Assembly: GCA_944381215.1 (NCBI GenBank)
Contig: CALWKF010000004.1
Span: forward strand, 24,657 to 88,656
Reading direction: 5' to 3'
Origin: an uncultured Clostridia bacterium
GTDB lineage: Bacteria; Bacillota; Clostridia; Christensenellales; UBA1242
DNA: 64,000 nt
Shown piece by piece: positions 26,927 through 35,743 of the stretch (the stretch's first letter is position 1; the number at the start of each line of letters is the position of its first letter). Both the position numbers and the translations under genes were made by a program. A model generated the notes under the pieces. It worked only from the letters and a program-made list of their open reading frames with translations. It did no database searches and was not told the origin of the DNA.

Positions 26927-27463
26927 ATGGAATTATTTAGAGGTTATGCCTATTCGCCACGCGCGTTTGAAGGCTTGAAAAATGTTTTAATAGAGAATTT
27001 GAGAGGAAAGCCACCAGTCTTCCTTTGTGTTGGTAGTGATAAATTGGTTAGCGACTGCCTTGCACCAATTGTTGCCGAAAATCTCCGCCAAAATGATTGC
27101 CCTTTTTACATTTATGGCGGGCTAAATGCCCCAATTACTGCCACAAATTGCGAGTTTGCCCACGATTTTATTCGCGCGGTGCACCCGACATCAAGGCTAA
27201 TATTAATCGACAGCATGGCAACCCGTTCGCAAGCAAGACTTGGGGACATCGTGGTTAGTCGCGAGTACTATGGCGCAGTAAACAATCTAGCCTTGCATCC
27301 AGATTTATGCATATATGGCGTTACATCATTACTTCATGGCAAAATGTTAGATTGTGCTAGACTTCGCAATGTGCTATTCACCGCAAACATCATTGCTAAT
27401 GCAATCTTCTCCTCCCTTAATTCTTTAGAACTAAATTCCCAAAATGTTGTCGCCCTTTCATAA
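26927..27463 (+). CDS. yyaC: Sporulation protein YyaC (GPR/HybD-like protease fold)
   Basis: VFLCVGSDKLVSDCLAPIVAENL matches the YyaC signature (iGtDrs.GD.lGPlvG). The RBS is weak. Confidence 0.65.
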   Translation: MELFRGYAYSPRAFEGLKNVLIENLRGKPPVFLCVGSDKLVSDCLAPIVAENLRQNDCPFYIYGGLNAPITATNCEFAHDFIRAVHPTSRLILIDSMATRSQARLGDIVVSREYYGAVNNLALHPDLCIYGVTSLLHGKMLDCARLRNVLFTANIIANAIFSSLNSLELNSQNVVALS

Positions 27464-27616
27464 AATTCTATCGCTTTTTTAATTTTAAAATTCAAAACTT
27501 CGACTTAGTTACCAATCTAAATATTAATTAAAAATAAAGGAAAAATGTATAAAAATAGCAAAAAATCGTGAAAAAATCAAAAAAAATCGCGATTTTTTAA
27601 TACTATGCACATATTT

Positions 27617-27895
27617 TTAGTAGTTTTCACTAGCCACGAAGCGTTTGTCATCGGGGTAGGTGTAGCCGTGTTTGCGCGCCTCCAGTTCTTGATATTCTAG
27701 TGAAGACACGATTTCGAGGGTTTCCTCTGCCGAGGCAATTTGTCCCGCCAATTCAGTGCTGTAATTTGTTAAATTATTGAGTTGCTGACGCTTTTCCTGA
27801 ATGGTGATAAATTGCGAAATCACAATTACCAGCATTACAACTATTAATAATCCAATTCCCAGTAAAATTAGACTCGATAGCGAAATTCTTTTCAT
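27617..27895 (-). CDS. divIC: Septum formation initiator FtsB/DivIC family protein
   Basis: Single TM helix, a coiled coil, and the C-terminal YQELEARKHGYTYPDDKRF motif. It follows yabP-yabQ as in Bacillus. Confidence 0.8.
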   Translation of the reverse strand: MKRISLSSLILLGIGLLIVVMLVIVISQFITIQEKRQQLNNLTNYSTELAGQIASAEETLEIVSSLEYQELEARKHGYTYPDDKRFVASENY

Positions 27896-27911
27896 AATTA
27901 TGCCCGCCTTT

Positions 27912-28355
27912 TTATTTTGCTTTAATTATAGCATAATTACGATACTTTTTTATCAACTTCGCAAAAATAGTGCGCTCTAGACAAAAGCCTACAACAAATG
28001 CTAAAATAAGATACGCTCGCACCTCGCCATAGTTTAGCCAAAGCATATTTAGGTAAATAATTGCCCCACAGATTAGTACTATTAGGGCAGTTTTTAAGAC
28101 CGAAAAAACGGGCGAGTTTAGGTTGAAACTTCTAGGCTTTTTTGTTTTCTTTTCAAGCCTAACTGGCGTCAAAAATTCAATTTTTGCTGATTTTTTTGAT
28201 ATTTTTTCGCATTTTTTATCAATTTTCTTTAATTTTTTACTATTTTTTAGCCATTTTGGGAAAACCGAAAAAAGCCTAAATAGAAGCGCGCATAATATTC
28301 CAATGTCTAAAAATATCAAAAACAGCCACCCCTGGCCCAAGGTCGTAAACAACAT
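27912..28355 (-). CDS. yabQ: Spore cortex protein YabQ with a Lys-rich insertion
   Basis: Position is immediately after yabP (TAATG overlap). TM helices are present. The central K-rich segment KNSKKLKKIDKKCEKISKKSAKI is encoded by A-tract-type sequence. Confidence 0.6.
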   Translation of the reverse strand: MLFTTLGQGWLFLIFLDIGILCALLFRLFSVFPKWLKNSKKLKKIDKKCEKISKKSAKIEFLTPVRLEKKTKKPRSFNLNSPVFSVLKTALIVLICGAIIYLNMLWLNYGEVRAYLILAFVVGFCLERTIFAKLIKKYRNYAIIKAK

Positions 28356-28615
28356 TATTTGAATATCCTACTAATTAGACTTTTCTTTTCGTGGGCGTAC
28401 TTAATCTCGTTGATTTCGCCCACGATTTCGGCAATGCCTTCGACAACATCTAATCGCTTCACACTCAAATCTTTTCCAGTCACTACGAGCACGCGTCCCA
28501 TCACGACACAACTAAACTGATTTGGCGTCGCATTATCGGCCTTTTCGACCCCTGTAATACACAAACTTTTTCTATCTTCACACACCAAACGGTGATTCTT
28601 AAACTTACTCTCCAT
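28355..28615 (-). CDS. yabP: Sporulation protein YabP
   Basis: ATG follows AAGGAG. The YabP/YqfC-fold pattern is present (LCITGVEKADNATPNQFSCVVMGRVLVVTGKDLSVKRLDVVEGIAEIVGEI). Confidence 0.8.
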   Translation of the reverse strand: MESKFKNHRLVCEDRKSLCITGVEKADNATPNQFSCVVMGRVLVVTGKDLSVKRLDVVEGIAEIVGEINEIKYAHEKKSLISRIFK

Positions 28616-28720
28616 ACTCACTCCTTTTCGTTAATATATGATCGTCTTCCCCCAAAAATGTCTTTATAGAAAAAAGAACTGATATAATAAATATAACTAA
28701 AGAAAATTTAATATATAAAA

Positions 28721-28760
28721 CAAAAACACCACTTATTTTTATTTAAGTGGTGCTTTTTTT
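28721..28760 (-). terminator. Terminator downstream of the 28759 gene
   Basis: A 9-bp stem CACCACTTA/TAAGTGGTG is flanked by runs on both strands. Confidence 0.7.
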
Positions 28761-30165
28761 ATTTGCTAGTTTGCTTCTTTTTGGTTGTTTTGACGACGGC
28801 TTTTGATTTTTTGGCTTCTTCTACTTTTGCCTTTTTTATTTGTGCTTTTGCAGTTTTTACCGAAGCCGTTTTTGTGGCTGTGGGCTTTTCGCTTTCCGCT
28901 GGTTCTTTTGATGAAGCTTGAGTTTCTTTCAAATCGGGTTGAGAGTTTTGTGTTGGCTTTTTTGAAGAAGGCTGTTCTGGTTGTGGAGTGCTCACATCTA
29001 GGCCGTTTTTCTTGGCTTTGGGCTTAGACAGGTCCAAGTTGTTTGCTTTTGCGCTTGTCTTTTTCGTGGCAGCGGAGGTGTTTTTAGTTGTGCTAGAAGC
29101 GGCGGAATTTTCTCCAGCATTCTTGGAAATGCTAGTGGAAGATTTTCCGCTTGTGTTTTTGAAAGTGCTAGTGTTGGCGTCTATATTTGCGCTTTTGGAT
29201 GCACTAGGGGTGGCGTCTGTGCTTTTGGAAGTGCTAGTTGTAGTGTTGGTTTGGGTAGGGGAATCGGTGCTTGTGCTTTTGGAGGTATTAGTGACATTTG
29301 TTTTAATGGAGTTCGTGCTTGCCTTTGTCTGTTTTTGCGGAACATATTGGTCCTTTTTTGCTTCTTCAATGGCGGCCTTAATTTTCGCCTTTTCCTCCGC
29401 AAGCATTGCCTGGTGCGCTTTGGCCTCATGCGCCTTTTCCGCCTGCGCCCTCTCGCGCTCGCGACTCTCCAAATACTCTTGGGCGCGCTCGCGTTCCTCT
29501 TGTTTTTGCTTTAATTTGCGCACTTTTTTGAGTAGCTTCTGCTCGGCGCGTTTACGCTGTTCTGGGGTAACAGTCTTGCCGATAACCTCATCCAGCCTCT
29601 TTAATTCTTGGTTTAACTCCTGCCTCGACTCCTCTTCCTGAGCCTCGGTGGCGATTTCTGTAGCCTTGATTTCGGCCTTCGTAGGCTCGATTTTTTGCTT
29701 GCGCGCAGTGGCAACGGCCTTGTCAAAGCTCGACTTTGGCGCATCCTTGTAAATCTCGACCGCGCGGTTCATCTCGGCATTGACGAGGTCGCGGAACTGG
29801 TCGCGGTTCGCAGGGGAAACATAGGTCGAGCAAATCACATCGTTTTCCATGTAGCGAATCAAAATGCGCTGGTGAGAAAGGCAGAAGGCGGGCGAGATGC
29901 TGTCTGCGTCGGTCATCGAAATGATAGCGCGGTAAGGAATCGCCTTGCCAAAAACTCCCGAATAAATGCGCAATTCGGTGCGGGTCAGCTCGTAATAAGT
30001 GCCGAAATAAATGGGTGCAATCACGATTATTAGAATCGCGGACAGCACGACTGCGGGCCACCAAACGCCTGTAACTACCCACACAACGTACATCGCGAGG
30101 GTCAAGATACTGTATATTACTAGACTTATAAACAGCCCATCTCCGATTTTGGACTTGATTTTCAT
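28759..30165 (-). CDS. Membrane protein with a bacterial PH (bPH) domain and a ~330-aa low-complexity K/E/T/S-rich tail
   Basis: ATG (MKIKSK) follows GGGAGG. Two TM helices precede YYELTRTELRIYSGVFGKAIPYRAIISM...SHQRILIRY, which is bPH-like. The remainder is charged and low-complexity. Confidence 0.65.
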   Translation of the reverse strand: MKIKSKIGDGLFISLVIYSILTLAMYVVWVVTGVWWPAVVLSAILIIVIAPIYFGTYYELTRTELRIYSGVFGKAIPYRAIISMTDADSISPAFCLSHQRILIRYMENDVICSTYVSPANRDQFRDLVNAEMNRAVEIYKDAPKSSFDKAVATARKQKIEPTKAEIKATEIATEAQEEESRQELNQELKRLDEVIGKTVTPEQRKRAEQKLLKKVRKLKQKQEERERAQEYLESRERERAQAEKAHEAKAHQAMLAEEKAKIKAAIEEAKKDQYVPQKQTKASTNSIKTNVTNTSKSTSTDSPTQTNTTTSTSKSTDATPSASKSANIDANTSTFKNTSGKSSTSISKNAGENSAASSTTKNTSAATKKTSAKANNLDLSKPKAKKNGLDVSTPQPEQPSSKKPTQNSQPDLKETQASSKEPAESEKPTATKTASVKTAKAQIKKAKVEEAKKSKAVVKTTKKKQTSK

Positions 30166-30334
30166 TTCATACCTCCCAAACAAGCAAAACCCAAAACTTG
30201 TTTTAAAAAGTATACAAAATAGTCGCAAATTTGTAAAGTAATTTAATTTGTAAACAGAAAATTAATTAAAAAATCGCAAAAAATTAACTTAAAATTCAAA
30301 AGTTAGTAAAACTAGCCTCAATTTAATATAAAAA

Positions 30335-30574
30335 GGAATGGGATCCTTCGTCTCAGGCTTCGCGGGTCGGCACTCAGGATGACCAAGTAATTTTAATTAG
30401 TATTTTAACGAAACACAACTACACATACTATTTTGTTGTTAGTACGGCTACGCTTTAATTATAGTGTATGCGACTTCGCACCGCGGGTCGAGGCTCATTT
30501 TAAGACGAAGAATCTATTCCTCTAAAAACAAACATATTAAAGAAAAAACACTAGCTTAGATTAGGCTAGTGTTT
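30335..30574. repeat. Mosaic intergenic repeat locus R4 (includes the conserved AACACTAG hairpin at 30547-30574)
   Basis: A-module at 30335-30384. Chimeric copy GTGTATGCGACTTCGCACCGCGGGTCGAGGCTCATTTTAAGACGAAGAATCTATTCC at 30464-30522. Confidence 0.9.
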
Positions 30575-30636
30575 GTATAATTCGGGGATAATTATAAGTA
30601 TTTTGATTAATTAAATTTAGTAGCAAAATTAGGTTA

Positions 30637-32331
30637 TTAACCTATTTCATCATCTACGTTGTTAGTGGTGGAGTTGGTTTGGGAGTCGGTGGGAGTGGGG
30701 GCGAAAACGGCGGTTAAGATTTTGCCCTCAACAAGGTTGTAAGGGATGTCTGCACTGCTTCCGTACTGAGATAGGTCGGTGTCGTCGTTGGTTTCCCAGC
30801 GGACAAAGTAATAGCCCGATGTGGCCACTGCGCTCACGTGAATGGTGGTTAAATTTTCCGTGGTCGTGTACCCAGTTATTCGCGCTTCGCCCACCGCCTC
30901 GAGGTTACTCCCATTCCCACCACTCACTTGCAACGCAACGCCCTCCAAATTCACCCCACCACTGCTAGGGGTGTAACTTTGGGCGATGCCCACAAATATC
31001 AAATTAATGGTAACATCGGCTTGAATATTGAAAATTTCGAGGTGTAGTTGCGAGCCTGTGGTGTTTGTTAGGTATGTAATTCCTAGGCAACTGCTGTCCA
31101 CCCCTAGCGCGCCGTTGATACTCTCGAGCCTTTGCTCTGCGCCACCATTTAACTGAATCGCATAAATATATCGATTTGAATTAAATGTTAAGGTATATCG
31201 GGTGGAAAGGTTGAGCCTTTCGGTACTAGTGCTAGCAATTTCGGAGCCACTTGTATTCGATGTTATTGTAATTTGTGGCAACCTAAAATACGCAGTATAA
31301 GTCTCGCTCCCAGTTACCGCAAAGGTATACGGGTTCTCATAAAATCTATTTCCGCTACTATCTTGCCAATAATCAAAAATGTACCCGTTTATCGCCGTGG
31401 CTGAAATCGTGGTGTTACCCGAATAACTTGTGTCATATTCACCACCGCCGCTAACCGAACCCTGACTGGCATCACTGGTCTCTACACTTATTGATGTAGT
31501 AGCATTTTCAGCCAATGCCGACAACGATATATGACACGCAGGGCGCACGCCGTAGCTACTTACACTTGCTTCCTGTGAAGTAACAGAATTTGTGTTATCA
31601 AAACAAATTGCCCAAAGAGCAGTAATACCAGAAATTGTTTGTGTTGACCCAGAGCGTGTCCAACAGTTGTTAGTCAATGTTGTGCTAAACCCCCTATCAT
31701 TATTATCAAGCCCCCAAAAACTAAACAATTCATAAAAACTAGGAACCCAATAAATGTCCTCAACATCATCTGAAAAAGGTAACAGCCCCTTCTCACTGCT
31801 CACACCACTATAGGTATATTGCTCTTGCTGAGCTTCTTGGTATTGTGAGCTTACTTCATAAGGGGTAACAATGATAGAATCCAAAACGGGATACTCTTGT
31901 AAATGAGCTTGAAATAAATCAATTGTTTCTTCTCGAATATATGAAGTTTGATAATCATTCATAATTCTTGACCAATGAAACATACTAGTTGTAAACGGCT
32001 CGGTCATCCAAGCGGTAATCGTGTCGCTGTCATTTGGGTCGCGATAAACCACTTGCCAATCATACCCAGCCATTGTAAACACAATTGGTGTGCCTTGGTC
32101 AAGTACACTAACTTGCCCTACGCGAGTGCCCAGTCTTTGAACAAGCGAATTATATGTATTTTTATCAACAAAAGTCCCACCTTCGTCAAAAATGTTCCCA
32201 ATACTTGTATAATTTGAATTAAGTATTGCACTCACTGGTTTGCGTGAAAAACTAATAAAAGAAAACAGACCGAAAAGAAGCAAAACAGTAACAAAAACCG
32301 CTACCGCAAAATTGATTTTTTTATTTATCAT
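30637..32331 (-). CDS. Secreted/cell-surface protein with InlB-B-repeat-like modules
   Basis: Signal-anchor (INFAVAVFVTVLLLFGLFSFISF). A domain ends in the SSYGVRPACHISL motif. Two ...GYxFxxW... modules are present (INGYIFDYWQDSSGN and TSGYYFVRWETNDD). Confidence 0.6.
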   Translation of the reverse strand: MINKKINFAVAVFVTVLLLFGLFSFISFSRKPVSAILNSNYTSIGNIFDEGGTFVDKNTYNSLVQRLGTRVGQVSVLDQGTPIVFTMAGYDWQVVYRDPNDSDTITAWMTEPFTTSMFHWSRIMNDYQTSYIREETIDLFQAHLQEYPVLDSIIVTPYEVSSQYQEAQQEQYTYSGVSSEKGLLPFSDDVEDIYWVPSFYELFSFWGLDNNDRGFSTTLTNNCWTRSGSTQTISGITALWAICFDNTNSVTSQEASVSSYGVRPACHISLSALAENATTSISVETSDASQGSVSGGGEYDTSYSGNTTISATAINGYIFDYWQDSSGNRFYENPYTFAVTGSETYTAYFRLPQITITSNTSGSEIASTSTERLNLSTRYTLTFNSNRYIYAIQLNGGAEQRLESINGALGVDSSCLGITYLTNTTGSQLHLEIFNIQADVTINLIFVGIAQSYTPSSGGVNLEGVALQVSGGNGSNLEAVGEARITGYTTTENLTTIHVSAVATSGYYFVRWETNDDTDLSQYGSSADIPYNLVEGKILTAVFAPTPTDSQTNSTTNNVDDEIG

Positions 32332-32478
32332 ACCTACGCTCCCCATACCCCTACTTATTTTTTAGTAAAATATTTCTAAACACACTATAATTATATAAAA
32401 ATTTACTAAAAGTGTCAAACAATAGTAATAATTTTCTAAAATTTTCTTAACCTTATATAATAAAAAAGCGAGGTGCGT

Positions 32479-32790
32479 ATGAGATTAAGAGAATTACGGG
32501 GAAACAAAACTCAAGAGGAAGTCGCGCGCGACTTGGGGATGACGCAAAAGACATACTCCAACTACGAAACGGGAGCCACCGAGCCGACTTTATCAGTTAT
32601 TATCAAAATGGCGGAGTATTTTGGGGTTTCGCCGAACTTTTTGTGCGAGTACCGCCCACAGTACAGCCCTAAAAACGATATCGACCGCACATTAAATTTG
32701 TTGTGTGGGCTATTCTACAACATGACCCCGCAAAACCGCCAAAAACTACTTGGCTATGCGAAGGGCCTCATAGATTGCCAAGAGGACTAA
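32479..32790 (+). CDS. XRE-family helix-turn-helix transcriptional regulator
   Basis: LRELRGNKTQEEVARDLGMTQKTYSNYETGATEPTLSVIIKMAEYFGVS is a canonical HTH_3 motif. The gene is divergent from the surface-protein gene. Confidence 0.85.
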   Translation: MRLRELRGNKTQEEVARDLGMTQKTYSNYETGATEPTLSVIIKMAEYFGVSPNFLCEYRPQYSPKNDIDRTLNLLCGLFYNMTPQNRQKLLGYAKGLIDCQED

Positions 32791-33064
32791 AAAATAAATA
32801 TTATTTTGGGCTTTAATTAATATTTTATTGGTAAATTATTTTTCTATTCATATATAATATAACTGAAATGAACACGCCTTTTAATTTACAATTTAAAAAT
32901 TAATAGATGTTAAAAACGCGCATAACACTTTTAAAAAATATGTCAAATTTTGCGAAATGGTCATATTTAGTCGACAAATTAATAAAATAATTGTATAATT
33001 CTAATATGTAGGGAACTGCATAAATTAGAGAATTAGCCAATGCTAATTTAAAAAGGAGAGTTTT

Positions 33065-33304
33065 ATGGCAAAAAACGGCTTTGTTTCAGCAATAGATGGG
33101 TTGCCATGGGTAGTTAAAATTATCCTGTGTATCCCCATTCTAAACTGGGTGTATGGTATCTACCGTATTGTAAAAGGTATCAGTACAAACGACACACTTA
33201 TGTGGATTGTGGGTATTTTGTGGATTATTCCTGGTTCGGTAATTTGCTGGTTAATCGACCTTATCTGCACAATCGTGTACAAAAAGCCTACGGTACTTGC
33301 CTAA
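33065..33304 (+). CDS. Small hypothetical membrane protein (2 TM)
   Basis: RBS AAAGGAGAG precedes the ATG. The product is a 79-aa hydrophobic protein. Confidence 0.55.
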   Translation: MAKNGFVSAIDGLPWVVKIILCIPILNWVYGIYRIVKGISTNDTLMWIVGILWIIPGSVICWLIDLICTIVYKKPTVLA

Positions 33305-33566
33305 CGCAAGAAATAAAAAGCCCCTTTGCCATTTGGTATTAGAGGCTTTTTTTTGTTTTTTTAATGCGGTTTTTAAAAGGATGAGATGTATTTTTTTATA
33401 TTTTTCGCGAATTTTTCGAGATTTTTGGGAAATTTGTTTAAATTTATTAAAATCGTTTGTAAATTTGGAGGCAATTAGATATAATATGATTAATGACACA
33501 GTGTGCCGAGTTTTTGCTGATAATTTGAAAAATTTCGCGCATACTAGGTAAAAATAGGGGGAGTTT

Positions 33567-34838
33567 ATGAACACAGTTGCCAAAAATCTTTCGTACCTTG
33601 CTTGCCTGTGCCTGATTTGTTGTGGCGCAATGCTACTCGCGGGTTGTGGCGGGACCATGGATGTGACCAGCATCAATATAACCAAAGACCCTGACAAAGT
33701 CAACTACGTCGTGGGTGAGGACCTGTCGCTTGCGGGCGGTGAGTTTACCGTTACCCGCGACAACGGGCAGACCGAGGTGTTCGACCTGCAATATGCCGAC
33801 CCGAGTATCACTCACTTTGCAAACGCGGGCGAGTACACGATTGTAATGACCTATGAGGGCAAGACCAGCACCTTTAACGTAACGGTTGAAAAGGCTGAGT
33901 ATGCGCCCAATTATGAGAAGAACATTGAGGCCACTTACACTGGTTCGCCACTGCCTATAACTTTGATTGACACGAGCGCACTACCAACAGGCGTTAGCGT
34001 GCTGACCACCGAATACAAGGCCGTTTCCGCGCCCGACACTGCGTACTCTCCAATCGCGCCAGTTGAGGCGGGCGAGTACCTCGTGCGTATGAGCCTAAAC
34101 GGTGGCAAGAACTACAAAATCACGACCCCGATTATTGCGAACTACACCGTGCACAAGGCCGACCTTAGAAATTTTGCCACAAACGGCGTTTTGAGTTTCC
34201 ACGGCATTGCAAACATCACTTACGGCGAGACCTTCGATTTGAGTCAAACTTGGGAGCAGGATGACCAAGGGCAAGTGTTGGGTGCCGTGCCGTTGCCTAG
34301 CACAATTGCATCGAGCCTCATATACTACTACCAAGGCGCAAATGATGCAGAGCCGATTGCTTTTACCCCAGGCACTGACGGCGAGATTTACAGAAAGCTC
34401 AATGCTGGCACGTACACAATCACTGTGTCCGCTCCTGAGACCGAAAACCTAAACGCGTTTAGCGTAACCAAGACCATGACCATTAACTCTAAGGCCCTCG
34501 AAATTGGCGTTGACTACGACATTATCTTGACCACTGCGAGTGGCACGACTTACCTGGGTGCTGGCGAGTCCGCTGTGGCTGAGGTGCCCGTAATGGCGAG
34601 TGCTAGTGATGTTTCAATCGCGCTGGTGTTCAAGGGCGATGCGACTAACTACTGCGATGCTGGCGAGACCGAGTACAAGCTGTTCTTTGGTAACAGTATT
34701 GGTATGGAGTACGAGGGTACATCAAGCGTAACTGATGCTGGGTATTACCGCGTGCAAATTTCGAGCTTGGCTTGCTCAAACGACAACTATTATGTTGACT
34801 CCAGCATTTACGTGGCTTTCCACTACACAATTGTTTAA
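33567..34838 (+). CDS. Lipoprotein with beta-rich/Ig-like repeats
   Basis: RBS GGGGGAG precedes the ATG. Lipobox LLAGC. Repeated ...YTGSP / YTITV / YTVHK beta-strand patterns. Confidence 0.65.
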   Translation: MNTVAKNLSYLACLCLICCGAMLLAGCGGTMDVTSINITKDPDKVNYVVGEDLSLAGGEFTVTRDNGQTEVFDLQYADPSITHFANAGEYTIVMTYEGKTSTFNVTVEKAEYAPNYEKNIEATYTGSPLPITLIDTSALPTGVSVLTTEYKAVSAPDTAYSPIAPVEAGEYLVRMSLNGGKNYKITTPIIANYTVHKADLRNFATNGVLSFHGIANITYGETFDLSQTWEQDDQGQVLGAVPLPSTIASSLIYYYQGANDAEPIAFTPGTDGEIYRKLNAGTYTITVSAPETENLNAFSVTKTMTINSKALEIGVDYDIILTTASGTTYLGAGESAVAEVPVMASASDVSIALVFKGDATNYCDAGETEYKLFFGNSIGMEYEGTSSVTDAGYYRVQISSLACSNDNYYVDSSIYVAFHYTIV

Positions 34839-34905
34839 TTGCTTTGTGTGAAAAGTGAAAAGGGCAAAATGTATAAAACAAACGGCTTGAATTATCTAGA
34901 ACACG

Positions 34906-34989
34906 CGGGCGGAAGTCCCTCGCCATATTGGCGAGCCTTCGCAATGCGAAGGTGCAAATTAAAAATTTGCGGACTTCCGCCCGTTTTTT
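34906..34989 (+). other. Perfectly nested four-way-junction structure followed by T6 (complex terminator or structured RNA)
   Basis: A 13-bp outer stem (34906-34918/34971-34983) encloses three hairpins: 34919-34935 (6 bp), 34936-52 (7 bp) and 34954-70 (7 bp). TTTTTT follows at 34984-89. Confidence 0.7.
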
Positions 34990-35210
34990 AAACCAACCAC
35001 TCTAAACAAAGTTGCCGAAATTTTAAATTATATAATATATATCGAATAAAAATTATATAATAATTATCAAAATTAAATAAAAAAATAATTAATAAATAAA
35101 AAAATAATTTAATATTTAAAAAAGCAAAATTTATTAAATTAAAAATATAATTAAAATATAAAAAAATTGTAAAAAAATAAGTGAAAAATTAGTAAATATT
35201 AGGAGTAATT

Positions 35211-35654
35211 ATGAATATTTGGGATAAGCGATTTATGGAACTTGCGGAATTGGTAGGGACGTGGACAAACTGCGCCCGCGCTGAGAGACGCATTGGTGCC
35301 GTGGTGACTCGCGGCGACCAAGTCCTAGGAATTGGGTATAACAAAGTGCCCTCTATGCTAAGAAGTTGCGAGGACAAGGGTGTTTGCTATCGAAAAGAAA
35401 ATAATATCGAGAGTGGCACGCACCAGGAACTATGCTACTCAATCTGCGCCGAGCAAAACGCAATCACTGACGCCCTGCAACACTACCGCGACCTAAATGG
35501 TGCCACAATCTACATTTCGCACACCCCTTGCGCAATCTGTGCCCGCTGGATAATTGAGGTGGGCATTACCCGCATAGTCTACCACACCCCATACACCGAT
35601 AAATTCGCCCTCGAACTCCTAAAAGAGGCAGGCATCACCCTAGAGCAAATTTAA
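35211..35654 (+). CDS. dCMP/cytidylate deaminase family protein (ComEB-like)
   Basis: WDKRFMELAELVGTWTNC...IGAVV..., then CAEQNAI and PCAICARWI zinc motifs. The first ligand is Cys rather than the usual His. Confidence 0.8.
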   Translation: MNIWDKRFMELAELVGTWTNCARAERRIGAVVTRGDQVLGIGYNKVPSMLRSCEDKGVCYRKENNIESGTHQELCYSICAEQNAITDALQHYRDLNGATIYISHTPCAICARWIIEVGITRIVYHTPYTDKFALELLKEAGITLEQI

Positions 35655-35665
35655 ATCATAAATTA

Positions 35666-35709
35666 AAGGCATATCGCGCCCCGAAAAGAAGCTAGCGTTA
35701 TGCCTTTTT
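35666..35709 (+). terminator. Terminator after the deaminase gene
   Basis: Stem AAGGCATA...TATGCCTT plus a T-run. Confidence 0.6.
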
Positions 35710-35712
35710 ATT

Positions 35713-35740
35713 ATAAAAAAACCACGGGGCTAACCGTGGT
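35713..35740 (-). terminator. Terminator after the 35744 gene
   Basis: Stem ACCACGG/CCGTGGT with a T-run on the minus strand. Confidence 0.65.
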
Positions 35741-35743
35741 TAC

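Noticed and set aside
28803-29641. Plus-strand ORFs over the low-complexity tail of the 28759 gene
   Set aside because: They are composition artefacts of the repetitive K/E/T/S-coding region.
33251-33703. 150-aa minus-strand ORF spanning the 33305-33566 spacer
   Set aside because: It crosses a T-tract spacer and the start of the lipoprotein gene on the other strand. It has no RBS.
34906-34983. tRNA or tmRNA-like gene, because of the cloverleaf shape
   Set aside because: The stem lengths (13/6/7/7 bp) and 3-5-nt loops are incompatible with a tRNA. There is no TTCGA or D-loop signature and no 7-nt anticodon loop.
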